Shown here: piece by piece, positions 38,158 through 49,963 of the stretch
Layout: each line of letters opens with the position of its first letter
Numbering within the stretch: the first letter of the stretch is position 1
Source of the DNA: Heterodontus francisci
Taxonomy: Eukaryota
Reading direction: 5' to 3'
DNA length: 64,000 nucleotides
NCBI RefSeq assembly: GCF_036365525.1
Contig: NW_027141363.1
Span: forward strand, 248,001 to 312,000
Notes under the pieces: generated by a model
Seen by the model: only the letters and a program-made list of their open reading frames with translations
Databases searched by the model: none
Told to the model about the DNA's origin: nothing
Translations under genes and position numbers: made by a program

Positions 38158-39785
38158 GTGAGTAGAATATTGGTCGAAATATATCAGTGGCCTCAATCAG
38201 CACTGAAACTGTTGGGCAGTTTGCTCCCTTCCGTTTGAAGAAAGGGGAGAGAACATGAAATTTGGAAAAATAAACAGTAAGCATTGCAGTAAAGAAGCAA
38301 AGGTTAAAACAATTAAACATAGAGGAAAGGCGAGGTGGAGAGAGGAAGAAAACTAGGGAGGCAACCATATACAGAGAGGCACAGATTGGGAGCAAAATAC
38401 AGACAAAAATGAACAGGAAAAGTCATTGTTAATTCGTGCTGGGATGCATTTATTGGCCACCCATAATTGCCTTCTGAGTGGTTTGTTAGGCCATGTTTTT
38501 ATTCTTGTCATGGGATGTGGGCACCGATGGCAAGGCCAACATTTGTTGCCCATCCCTAATTGCCCTTGAACTGAGTGCTTTGCAATTTCAGAGGGCAGTT
38601 AACAGTCAACTGCATGCTGCAGGTTTGCAGTCCCAGATAAGATGGTAGATGGGTTTTTATGACAATCGACGACAGTTTCATGGCACCCTGACAGATTTTT
38701 ATGAATCAGCTGAATTTAAATCCCATCTGCGGCCATTTGAATTCACACAACCAGAACACTAGCCCGGGCTGCAGGATTACTAGCCCAGCAACATTATCAT
38801 TTTGCTGGCGTCACGCCTGCGTTCAATGTGTTTTAGGTATTTCCACAGTGTTGTTAAGGAAGGAGTTCCTTTTTTGACCCATTTTCTCAGAGGGCGGATT
38901 ATTCATTTTCAAACATTGCTCGAATCCCCCCAGAAATGTGTCATCAAGCCAGTGGTGATACTGAACACGAGCCTCCTCTCCCCACCCCCACCCTACTCCA
39001 TCTAAACTTCTATTCCTTTCTCCCTGATGTCAGGTGCATGGCGATGGGGGTTGGTGTGCAATGAGATCTGCAGGAATGATAACAGCACCGCACACATCAA
39101 CACGACACCTGGGAAACTTGCACTAGTTTGGCAAACATGGGTCTCTCTGAGTGATAAGATAAGAGATAGCAGTGTGAACGATTTACTGTCTAGAGTAAGT
39201 GGCTTCTGTTTGAGGTCCCGTGGCCGGTATGTCCTGAGGTCCTGCACGTTGTACAAGAGAGAATGCGGATCATGAAGCGGGTAAGGGATGGGGGAGGGGG
39301 AAGGGGAGAAGGGGTGCAACAGAGAGATGGAATGGAGAGAGAGAAAGCAAGAGAGAAAGCAAGCAAGAAAAAAACCATGAAAGGAAGGAAGGGAGGAAGG
39401 ACGGAAGGACGGAAGGGAAGGAAGGAAGGAAGGAAGTAGAGGAAAGGAAGGAGGCTTGAGTGGATGAATGGGCCTGTTACTGTGTAAGCAGCTCAAGAGG
39501 GGCTGAATGGGCCTCCTCTTCTTCCTGTGTAACAAGGTCTAGAGGGGCTGAATGGCCTCTTGCTGCACCTGTGTAGCAGGCTGAGAAGGGGCGGAATGGC
39601 CACCTCCAGTTCCTGCTAACAGTTTTGAGACGGAATGAACGGCCTTTAATTATGGTCCAAAGGACTAAAAAACTTTCAGCAGCTCAATCTAAACTGACTT
39701 CACCAAGTGAAGCCCTCGGGAGTCTTTGAAGAAGCAGGGCCTTGCAAAATTCGCGTTCTTTTTTGTATGAGTGTCTATCACCGTG

Positions 39786-39798
39786 GGGACAGGGGGGA
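39786..39798 (+). CDS. TRBD: TCR beta D segment D2 (GGGACAGGGGGGA)
   Basis: 5' 12-RSS CTTTTTTGT 39758-39766 / CACCGTG 39779-39785. 3' 23-RSS CACTGTG 39799-39805 / ACAAAAACC 39829-39837. Matches the conserved vertebrate GGGACAGGGG D-beta core. Confidence 0.97.
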
Positions 39799-40319
39799 CA
39801 CTGTGATAGAATCCAATGCAGCCTCCGTACAAAAACCTCGCTCTACACACCTCGAGGAAGATCAGCAGAAGAGCAGTGGCAACAGAGTAAACGAATAAAC
39901 ATCTCCTCTGGATTATGGCGGGAGCTGGGCCCTTTCAATCTTGTAGATGCCTCAGAATGGTCCAGCTTTATAACCTAGAGCATTCCTCTGGAAAAGAGAA
40001 TAACTGTGTTATTTGTGTGAAAACTGGTTACTCTTCAACCCCTGAAACACCACCCCGGTGTCTTGGGACCAATATTGATCCCTCAACCAACATCACAATG
40101 ATCTGCTCATTAATCTCACTGCTGTTTGATGGGACTTCCTTTGTACAATATCAGTTGCTCTGTCTCCCTGTGGTGACCACTTCCTAAACAAACTGCTTCA
40201 TTGACTGCAAGCTGCTTTGTGCCTCCTGATTGTCTTGACCAGTGCTTCCTAAACGCTGAGCAGCCCACTTGTAGCAAACCGTTTTCGACCGGGTTGATGT
40301 AACATGATTTGCTGATGTG

Positions 40320-40370
40320 CCCAGACAGCACCACACAATTTCGGGACCGGCACCAAACTGACGGTGTTAG
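40320..40370 (+). CDS. TRBJ: J2-1 QTAPHNFGTGTKLTVL
   Basis: GGTTGATGT-12-TGATGTG, GTAAG donor. Confidence 0.92.
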
Positions 40371-40742
40371 GTAAGATAATGGGGTCTTTTGTTCTCTCTA
40401 CCTTCATGTGTAGCTGTGTGCATTCACAGCTTACTGCACCCCCTCCCCCACCACCCCCCCCAACCCCGGACAGTTTAACGAGTTAGTCAGTCGGTTAGAT
40501 CTGTCTCATGACCGCCGAGAATTGCGCCTAATTTCCCTCCTGCCACAAGCGTCCGTATGTCACTTTGGCGCGGTATTTCTCTCCCCGGGACGACACTGGC
40601 CCTTCCTTCTGGTTCGCAAAGACCAGTCCAACGGGACACCCGCTTGGTGATGTGTTCCACGGTAAACCGCCCGGCACAGACCCGTTCAGCTGCAAGGGTA
40701 ACAGTTCCCGGGCCAGTTCATGACTGGGTTTAGGCCACTGTG

Positions 40743-40790
40743 CAGGAAACATAGCTTACTTCGGCGACGGGACCAAGTTAACAGTTTTCG
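40743..40790 (+). CDS. TRBJ: J2-2 GNIAYFGDGTKLTVF
   Basis: AGTTCATGA-12-CACTGTG, GTAAG donor. Confidence 0.93.
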
Positions 40791-41380
40791 GTAAGGGACT
40801 CTGTTCTTCCTATCAGATGAACATCGAGGTCTATATGCGGTTAAAAAATCGCGGGGAGTAAGTTCAGATATTAGATGCAGAAAGGGGTTAAATCATGAGG
40901 ACTGGTTACTCAGACTAAGCTGACAGTCCCTTGAACCTAGATCATTAAGGGTTGATATAATCGAGGTGCTTGAGGTGTTGGATAGAAAGAGAGAAACTGC
41001 TTCTTCAGGTTGGGGGGAATCCAGAACAATTTAAATTCGAGCCGTTCAGGGGTGAGATCAGGAACTCTCCCCGAACCCCCCACAACAAATAAAATACTGT
41101 TGAGGCTGGGGGTCAATTGATAAGTTCAAATCCAAGATTGTTTGATTTTTGTTAAACAGAAGTATTGAGGTTTACAGAAGCAAGGTGGGGTGATGGAGTT
41201 AAGGTTCAGAACAACCCTGATCTAACTGAATGGTGGAACAGGTACGAAGGGCTGAATGGCCAACTCCTGTCCCCATGTTCCAACGACCTTTACAGGCCAT
41301 TGACACAGTCAGAACTTCAATGGAACAGACTTAACAATCTAGACTTGAGGGGGATTTTGCGACAGCCCCATACCATTGTG

Positions 41381-41430
41381 TAATGCTGGAGAAGCATATT
41401 TCGGAGATGGGACCAAACTGGTGGTTTTAG
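41381..41430 (+). CDS. TRBJ: J2-3 NAGEAYFGDGTKLVVL
   Basis: CATTGTG heptamer, GGATTTTGC nonamer, GTGAGT donor. Confidence 0.93.
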
Positions 41431-42970
41431 GTGAGTGAATGCATTCCTAATGTTGGAAAAGTTGATTCAATTTGGGAATTCACGTGGGGTGGTCGAGGGA
41501 GTGAAAATATGGGAATTTGGTGAATTAATTTCGACTCTTGAGCTTACAAAGGGAGACCTACAACTGCTGAATTCATGTCACTGGATGGAAAGGGGTTTGA
41601 GTGGAACATAAGGGAGGGTCTCTAAAATAAACAGTGCAAACGGCAATTGTAGCTGCAAATGAGAGCAGAACAAGAGGACACAGACACAGAACGAAAACTG
41701 TCAGATTCAGTTCTTTAGTATGCCGTTCTGTTCTGCATATGATTAAAAAAGCAGAGGCACTGGATAGAGCAAAACAAAACATATTTACAAGTGAGCTCCC
41801 AAAACTGAGAGAATATAACTACAGGTAAAGAATGAAGAGGCTGGTGCTGTTTTCTCTAGAAAAGAGAAGGCAGAGAGGATAACCTGATCGAGGTCTTTAT
41901 GATTATGACAGAGGCAAGATGATTCTACTTGTTGGGGAGACCAGAACCAGGGGACCATCAATATAAGACAGTCACTAATAAATCCAATATGGAATTCAGG
42001 AGAAGCCTTTTCAACCAGAGAGTGGCAAGAATGTGGAATTCACTACCACAGGGAGTGGGCTGAGGCAAATAGCAGAGATGTTTTTAAGAGGGAAGCTGGA
42101 TAAACATATGGGGGAGAAAGGAATAAAAGGACCTATTGATGGGGTGAGATGAAGAGGGTGTGAGAAGGATAATGTGGAGCATTTAATCGGCAAGGATGTA
42201 GTGGGCTGAATGGCCTGGTTCGGTGCTGAAGTGTCGATATGATTTGATGTATTCCCCATTAACCTGAAGCGTTTAAATGGATGAGAAATATCAAAAGGGA
42301 TTTTTTAAATTTGTGAATGGAGACTGGGTGTAGAATGCACATTGAAAGGCCTGGGGAACGTGAGCTGAAAGTCCAGGGCAGATTGCAAATGATCTTTCCT
42401 CATTTACCAGAATCATGCCGGAATTAAATTGTGGGGGCAGGTTGCTTAGAGATGTTGAGCATTGGAGATTAAGGATTGATCCAACTGATGTGTTTAAGAT
42501 AATGAGAGGATTCGATAGGGCAGATAGAGCTGCAATTTACGCGGGTGTCAGAGCCCAGAACAAGGGTGAGGGTGGAGGGGAGCATTAGCTTAACATTAAA
42601 GCATGGCCGTTCAGGGGTGATGCCAGAAAGGACATAACTGAACAAACGGTGGTGGAAATCTGGGCCTCTCTCCCCTATGAAACTGCTGAGGCCACAGGGT
42701 CAATTGTCACTTCCCAATCTGAGAATGATAGAGCCTTGTTAGGAAAAGGGTTTGGAACACAAACAGGCTGATGGGGTTACAATACAGATGAGTCATGACC
42801 TCACTGAATGTCAGAACAAGCTCGATGGGCTGAATGGCCTACTCCAGCGACAGCATTTCTATGTTCCTTTGTGCCAATACTCCTGGAGGTTCTTTCTAGT
42901 TGTGAAAGGCTCCTTCAGGACATGAATCAGAGAGAGGTGAGAGGTTTTGATGCAGGGATTTAGCTCTGTG

Positions 42971-43020
42971 CTCTTCTGATATTTACTACTTCGGAGCTGG
43001 TACCAAGTTAACTGTTTTAG
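42971..43020 (+). CDS. TRBJ: J2-4 SSDIYYFGAGTKLTVL
   Basis: GGTTTTGAT-12-CTCTGTG, GTACGT donor. Confidence 0.93.
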
Positions 43021-43175
43021 GTACGTTACCGTCGATATAAACATCTATTGTTCCATCATCCATAATGTATCGGTCTGTGTATCCATCTTTATGTTTATCT
43101 ATCGACGTAGCTACTTTTCTGTCGGTGTATATGTCTATCCAAAGGTGTGTTTTGGTACTGTTGTTTAGTATAGTG

Positions 43176-43232
43176 CAGGCGGGAGCTACGAGCCTTTACA
43201 TTTTGGAGAAGGTTCGGCTCTAACAGTATTGG
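43176..43232 (+). CDS. TRBJ: J2-5 GGSYEPLHFGEGSALTVL
   Basis: TGTTTTGGT-12-TATAGTG, GTGAGT donor. Confidence 0.9.
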
Positions 43233-43782
43233 GTGAGTTAGACTTTCATTCAATGAAGCCAGGGATGCTGGGTTCATCTTGTCTGTGCAGGCTGGTGGTC
43301 ATCTGATGGACTGGCTCTCTGCTCCTTTTCACCAGCAGGAGAGAGGAGCATGAATGGGGAGGAGTGTCTATGAGGAGGCTTCCCCTTGCCTTCCCCAGAC
43401 ACAGTGAGAAATGAATCCGTTCTGTAAGCATTGTTCTAACTGGCACGTTCGCCAACTGAGCTATCTGGTCCCCAACTTGTGTGTAGAAGTTAATTAATAA
43501 TTATGAAGAACTCCATGTAAAATCTTCCTGTATTATAAGCACTGTATCTGTGGACATCTAACAGATTCACAGATGGATGGATAGACGGTACTGTGAATGT
43601 TGCTAGCTTTAATGGTCAAGCCCCCCCTCCCCCACCTCCCCACCCGGTTATTTTATGGGTATACTTTGTTGTCTGGTCAGCTCATGTTAGTCAAAGGGCA
43701 ATATCAAATATTAATGAGATGGACACTGAAAACTGGCAGGGCGCAATTGAGGAATGTTTTTGTGTTGTGACGTAATGATGTG

Positions 43783-43840
43783 GGAGCAGGAAATAACCAG
43801 CCATCATATTTCGGAGACGGCACTAAGTTAACAATCCTGG
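43783..43840 (+). CDS. TRBJ: J2-6 GAGNNQPSYFGDGTKLTIL
   Basis: TGTTTTTGT-12-TGATGTG, GTGAGT donor. Confidence 0.93.
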
Positions 43841-44273
43841 GTGAGTGAGATATTTGTCGAACCATATCATTGGTCTCAGTAAGTATTAAAACTGTCAGCA
43901 AGTTTTCTCCCGTCAATTTGAAGAAAGGAGAGAGAAGGTAAACTTGAGAAAAAACAAAGAGTAATGAAGCAACAGTTAAAAAAAACTAAACATAGGGGAA
44001 TGGCCAGGTGCAAACGGAAGAAGGCTAGGGAGACAAACCATATCTGCAGAGAAACAGATTGGGAGCTAAATGCAGGCAAAAGGGGATTGAAAATTATAGA
44101 GAAAAAGATGGGAGAGGTGGAGACAAAGACAAAAAAAATGACAAAACGAGGTAAAGACTGAAAGGGCGGGATAATAAATGCAACCCAATACAAAATGATG
44201 CAACTGCACTTAATTAACCGGTGTGCAGAGAGTTAAAGATTCCCTCACTTTGTTACATCTGTGTAACATTGTG

Positions 44274-44325
44274 TCAGGGAACAACGACTACACATTTGGC
44301 GATGGCACAAACCTCGTGGTTTTAG
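44274..44325 (+). CDS. TRBJ: J2-7 SGNNDYTFGDGTNLVVL
   Basis: CACTTTGTT-12-CATTGTG, GTAAC donor. Confidence 0.9.
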
Positions 44326-45387
44326 GTAACTGATTAACGTGGCTTCAGTCAGAATCATTCCGCACGGTCTGATATGGTATAGTCTGATTGAAATTTACAA
44401 GATTAATATATGAAGATAACGCTAATCATATTCCCTATTCAGGTGCCACCCGTTTCTTAACAATGACCGATTGTGTGTGTGGAAATCAACAAGTGATAGC
44501 TGTCTGGGAAATCAGACTCTGAATGACCTCCCCCTGTCCCTAATGTTACTCCAGCGGTTTAATGCGAGGAGTGAGTTAGAGAGAGAGCTAGGTCAAAAAA
44601 AGGGTTAATATGTTTGAAATGACCAGTTGATGATGCTGGAACAGACCATCATTGGTGAAGGATTCACAAGGAGTTCCGTAAGGAAGTGAGGATTAACATT
44701 TACAAATCACTGGTTAGGTCCCAGCTGGAGCATTGTGTGCAGTTCTGGGTACCACACTTTATGAAGGCCTTAGATAGGGAGCAGAAATGATTCACCAGAA
44801 TGGTACCAGAGATGAGGGGCCTCAGATAGTTGTAGAGACTGGAGAACCTGGAATTATTCTGCTTTCAACAGAGAAGGTTAAAGGGAGATTGAAAAGAGGT
44901 GTTCAAATTAATGAAGGTTTTGGATAGAGTTAATAATCAGAAACAGTCTCCATTGGTAGAAGGGTCGGTAACCAGAGGACACAGGTTTTGAGGCAATTGA
45001 CAAAAAGGACCAGAGGCGGGATGAAGAGACATTCTCCCACAAAGGTAGTTACTGTGATCGGGAAGGCACATCTGAACTGGTGGTGGAAGTTGGTTCAGTA
45101 GTGAATTTCAAAATGGAAATTGATAGATACTCGAAGGGAAATATCCAGGACTATGTTAAAACCCTTTCATGAAGTCAGCAGAGGTCCTATGGGCCGAATG
45201 GTCTCCCCTTCAGTAATGTATATTTCTGATTCTATGACCTTGCTCGTGAGCCACAAATGTAAATTAGGAGATATATAAATTAAGGAGATGTGATCTACAA
45301 ACCCTTTCGAGGACAGGGTCCAAGTGTGATATAGGCAAGACCTGCACCTCGCCTTATGAAGTTTTGTTACAAGGGTCTCTCATTGTG

Positions 45388-45437
45388 TTCTGGCAATCAA
45401 TATTACTTCGGAAGCGTTACCAAGTTAGTAGTGGCAG
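45388..45437 (+). CDS. TRBJ: J2-8 SGNQYYFGSVTKLVVA (non-canonical FGSV)
   Basis: AGTTTTGTT-12-CATTGTG, GTGAGT donor; second Gly replaced by Val. Confidence 0.82.
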
Positions 45438-45739
45438 GTGAGTCCAGGAATGTTAGGCCAATTCTGAGAATGCATGTTGTCTGAAATGGTCGGAAAGATG
45501 CTTAAGGCTCCGGGTTCATTGGAGAAAGACATTTTTCCAATGCATTTAAGACACAAACAGAGACAGAGAGAGAGAGAAGGAGAAAGACTGATTCTTGAAC
45601 TGGATCTGTGTTTAAAGAAGGGAAAATTTCTCCCATTTAGCTGATCATGGACAAACAAACAAGAGCTGTATTATTCACTCAAATATTCGGCAACCTTTCA
45701 GGGACCAGTATAGTTTAGAAACAGGGCTGAAACACTGTG

Positions 45740-45792
45740 TTCTGGAAGCTACGAGTATTTCTTCGGTGACGGGACAAAACTGACTGTGTTGG
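45740..45792 (+). CDS. TRBJ: J2-9 SGSYEYFFGDGTKLTVL
   Basis: AGTTTAGAA-12-CACTGTG, GTGAGT donor. Confidence 0.93.
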
Positions 45793-46849
45793 GTGAGTTG
45801 GACGTTCTTTGAAAAAAAAATGATTGTAGCTCACGCTGTTTCTGAGTTTCAGTTTGCAACTGAAATGTTGCATTGACAAATAACAAAAAAATTTCAGGCA
45901 GCATTTCCAATGTGCATAAAAGGCAGAATAGATGGAAAATACTAAGATGCACAGGGAAATACATTTTTTTAATTCGTTCGTGGCATGTGGACCAGAATTT
46001 ATTGCCCATCCCTAATTGCCCTCTGAGTGGTCTGCTAGCTCATTTTTTTTCATCAGATATGGGCGTCGCTGGCAAGGCCAAGTTTTGCTGCCCAACCCTA
46101 ATTGCTCTTGGACTGGGTGGTTTGCTGTTTCAGAAGGCAGTTGAGAGTCAACTGAAGTCTGAAGTCACTTATATGACAACAGGCGGGGTTTTCTGACAAT
46201 TGACGATAGTTTCATGCAGTTAAACCAGACTTTCATTTATCAGTTGAAGTTTAATTCCTCGAGCTACCCCCGGGATTTGAACCAGAACATTACTAGCACA
46301 GTGACATTATCACTTTGCAACCATCGCCCCTGCACTCAATGGGGTGTAGGTCTTTCCGCAGTCCTGTCAGGGAGGGAGTTGCAGATTTGTGAACCGTTTT
46401 CTCAGAGGGCAGATTATTTGTTTCCAAAAAATGCTGTCATCGTTCTTCCCCCAGAATGAGTGAAATAAAACATCATAATTACATTTAATTATATAGAATT
46501 TACAGTGTGTCAGCAAGCCAGTGGTGAAACTGCACACGAGCCTCCTCTCACCCTTACTTCATCTAATCTTCTATTCCTTTCTCTCCCATGTCTTTTTCCA
46601 ATTTACTCCTTGAAAGCATCTCCAAAATCCATCTCAACCCATTCCCTGTGGTAGTGCATTCCACATTATTACCACTATCTGAGAAACGAACTTCCCTTTC
46701 TATTCCTCACAATGATTTTCTAATTAACATTATAATGCCCTTAACATAAAGAGTCAAATCTCCAGTGCATTCTGTGTGAGGTTTTGCATCAGTGCACCAG
46801 CTTCATTGCTCTTCGACCTGTAGTTATACTATTGTCATGTAACATTGTG

Positions 46850-46902
46850 TACAGGAAATACTCTGTATTACTTCGGTGACGGGACAAAATTGATTGTTTT
46901 AG
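46850..46902 (+). CDS. TRBJ: J2-10 TGNTLYYFGDGTKLIVL
   Basis: AGTTATACT-12-CATTGTG, GTGAG donor. Confidence 0.92.
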
Positions 46903-47410
46903 GTGAGCACAGAACTGAAGCTTTTGTTGTTTTCGTTAATGAGGATCCTTGAGATTCTCAGACGAAATTAGATGCTCTAAAATACATCATGTTCTCGGTC
47001 ACAGGATCACCTCGCCGATTTATATTGGCAGCCGGACCTGCAATATCTTGGTTTAAACATCTTTCACCTTTGTTTTCAACTCACCCCAAGGCCTCGCTGT
47101 CTCCCTGTCCCTGCAACATCCTCCGGCCCCTACAAACCTCCCTATCCCTGTAACCGCCTCCAGCCTCTATAACTCTCCTTATCCCTGTAACATCCTCCAA
47201 TCCCGACAAATCTCGCTGTCTCTGTAACCTCCACCAGGCCCTATAACTAACCTTTTGTTCTCCTGTCCAATATCTAGGGTGCATTGCCGCTGTCTTTACA
47301 TCACACATTAATAGTATGTAAATCTACAATTTGAGTACATCATTTCGAAGACGGTGCATTTTAGCATTTCTAACTAGATGGGAGTTTTAACACTGACAGG
47401 CATCACTGTG

Positions 47411-47463
47411 CTCAAATAACTACGATTATACTTTTGGCGATGGGACCAAGTTAGTAGTTTTCG
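47411..47463 (+). CDS. TRBJ: J2-11 SNNYDYTFGDGTKLVVF
   Basis: AGTTTTAAC-12-CACTGTG, GTAGGT donor. Confidence 0.93.
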
Positions 47464-48132
47464 GTAGGTGAACGGTTTCAGCATTGTATTCATTTTACAG
47501 TTTAATTGCTATTATGTTGCCTCCAATGGGGAGTGGAGAGGGTTTAGTTAATGATTTGACCCAATCTCCAGCCTGCCTTTAAAAGAGATTAATTTGCTTC
47601 TCTTTTAGAGTAACACTATTGTTAAATTGTTCCATTCACTATCCACTGGGATAGTCAAACTTGATAAAGCCATTTGTTGGTCTATTGTTATATTCTGTGA
47701 TTGCCCACAACTCTCCATTATTCTAGTTATCAATGGGAATATCAAGAATCTCATTGTAGCTTTTTATGTGAAACTAAAGCCGTACTGGGATGTCGAACAT
47801 CAGATATTTTGATGGAAAACCCTCTGATTTCACCTCTCGCAGAGGAATCCGTAGTAAAAGTACATGATAATAATTGATTGTAAAAGATCTCTGGAACTCC
47901 CTCTTCAACAAAAAGCTGTGAATCCTGGAGAGCGATTAGACCTGACAAAATTGAGATGGAAATAACTTTGTTTGGGGAGGTTATCGAGGGATATCGAGAT
48001 CAGATTGGTAAATGAAGTGAGGTACAGATCAGCCTTTGAATAGAGGAGCAGGATAGAGGGGCTGAATGGCCGCCTCCTGGTGCAATAGGTTGTCTGGAGG
48101 TAATAGTTTTGTAATGGGAGTGTAACACTGTG

Positions 48133-48188
48133 TTATGGAAAGACCGAACCATTATATTTTGGCCAAGGGACCAAGCTCACAGTTTTGG
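48133..48188 (+). CDS. TRBJ: J2-12 YGKTEPLYFGQGTKLTVL
   Basis: AGTTTTGTA-12-CACTGTG, GTATGT donor. Confidence 0.94.
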
Positions 48189-48221
48189 GTATGTAAATGT
48201 TAAAGGCTTTGTTTGTCTAAC

Positions 48222-48725
48222 TTGTCCTTGAAGCGGCCAACACTCCCAGCTTATACACACTACTGAGTCAGCGGCGCTTGAGATGGCTTGGCCATGTGAG
48301 CCGCATGGAAGATGGCAGGATCCCCAAAGACACATTGTACAGCGAGTTCGCCACTGGTATCAGACCCACTGGCTGTCCATGTCTCCGCTATAAAGACGTC
48401 TGCAAACGCGACATGAAATCGTGTGACATTGATCACAAGTCGTGGGAGTCAGTTGCCAGCGTTCGCCAGAGCTGGCGGGCAGCCATAAAGACAGGGCTAA
48501 ATTGTGGCGAGTCGAAGAGACTTAGTAGTTGGCAGGAAAAAAGACAGAGGCGCAAGGGGAGAGCCAACTGTGCAACAGCCCCGACAAACAAATTTCTCTG
48601 CAGCACCTGTGGAAGAGCCTGTCACTCCAGAATTGGCCTTTATAGCCACTCCAGGCGCTGCTTCACAAACCACTGACCACCTCCAGGCGCGTATCCATTG
48701 TCTCTCGAGATAAGTAGGCCCAAAA
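48222..48725 (+). mobile_element. 5'-truncated RTE-clade LINE 3' end
   Basis: Open RLRWLGHVSRMEDGRIPK...RYKD..KRDM...CSTCGRACHSRIGLYSHSRRC, typical of the RTE C-terminus with a terminal zinc finger. Confidence 0.85.
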
Positions 48726-49914
48726 GAAAGAAGATGGGATAGTCTATCATCATATTCTGTAGTTTCCCATTACTGTCCAGTTTTCGAATTATCAACCAGC
48801 ACATCGACAATCTTATTATCCTTTCAAAAATATAGAAAATGCTGTGTGACATTAAACCGACAGAGAAGTGCATTGGGTTGTCTAACGTAGAATGTTATGG
48901 TGGAAATGCCTTCTTGTGATTGGCTGAATTGTTTTGGAATTGGGAGACATTCCTCAGGCTCTTTTCTCAGGAGGGTTATTGGGTGGAGTAGAATCCAGGA
49001 TAGACATGGCTGTAAAGACATGACCCTAATACTTTTGTCAATCCATACTTTATGGGCTTGCAGCCAAAATTAAGTCAACAATTCTGAGCTGTTGCCGCAT
49101 AAAATTGTTAACCTCACACTAATTAATAAAAATGACCGCTTCGATTTTGTTTTAGAAGATTGTGCTTTGCCTTCATCCGTATAAAATTCAATCCCATTCT
49201 TAAACAGAGTTTGTTCAGCTTGTTATGATTAACGTCCTGAAGCAGTGATCTTCTGGAATGAATGCTCACTGTTGATAATGGGACAGACTTCTAAAAAAAA
49301 CAGTTGATGGAAATAATTCGACAAATATGCATGTTGGACACAAGAATACCACTCGGCCCATCTTACTAGAGTCGGCTGTTGGGAAATGTTCTCCAACTCG
49401 CCTCCCTCACCCCTTTTCTTTCTATACAGCCCTGCAATTTTCGCCTTTTTGAACTATGATCCAATTCTTTTTTGAAGTTCAATATGCAATCAGTATCTAT
49501 CACACTTTCAGGTAATGCATTCCATATCATAACAAGTCGTTGTGCAAAGAAATGGCCCCCTCAATAAACATCTGGATCGTTTGCCAATTGCTTTAAATCT
49601 ATGTTCTCTGGTTGTGAAATCTCCGGCCAGTGGAATCAGTCTCCCCCTACTGACTCTAACAAAGCCCTTCGTGGCTTTGAAATCAACTATTAAATCTCTC
49701 CTTCACCTTCTCTGGGAGAACAATCCCACCTTCTCCAGTCTGTCCACATAACTGAGTCCCTCATTTCTAGGACCATTCCAGTAAATCTCTCTCTGCACGC
49801 TCTCCAAGACCTTGACATCCTTCCAAAAGTGTGGTGCCCTGAATTGGGCACGAGACTCCAGCTCAGGCCTAACTGAGGGCCCTGGTAGTTTTACAACTGG
49901 CCTGTGACATTGTG

Positions 49915-49963
49915 TTCAGCTGGGACCTCGATCTCTTACTTTGGCTCTGGGATTACGTTCTAG
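49915..49963 (+). pseudogene. TRBJ: J2-13 pseudogene SAGTSISYFGSGITF*
   Basis: Good RSS AGTTTTACA-12-CATTGTG, but a ~7-nt deletion after FGSG puts the donor out of frame. Confidence 0.8.

Noticed and set aside
39799-39805. D2 3' heptamer CACTGTG as an inverted perfect heptamer
   Set aside because: The upstream nonamer is 32 nt away, matching neither a 12 nor a 23 spacer.
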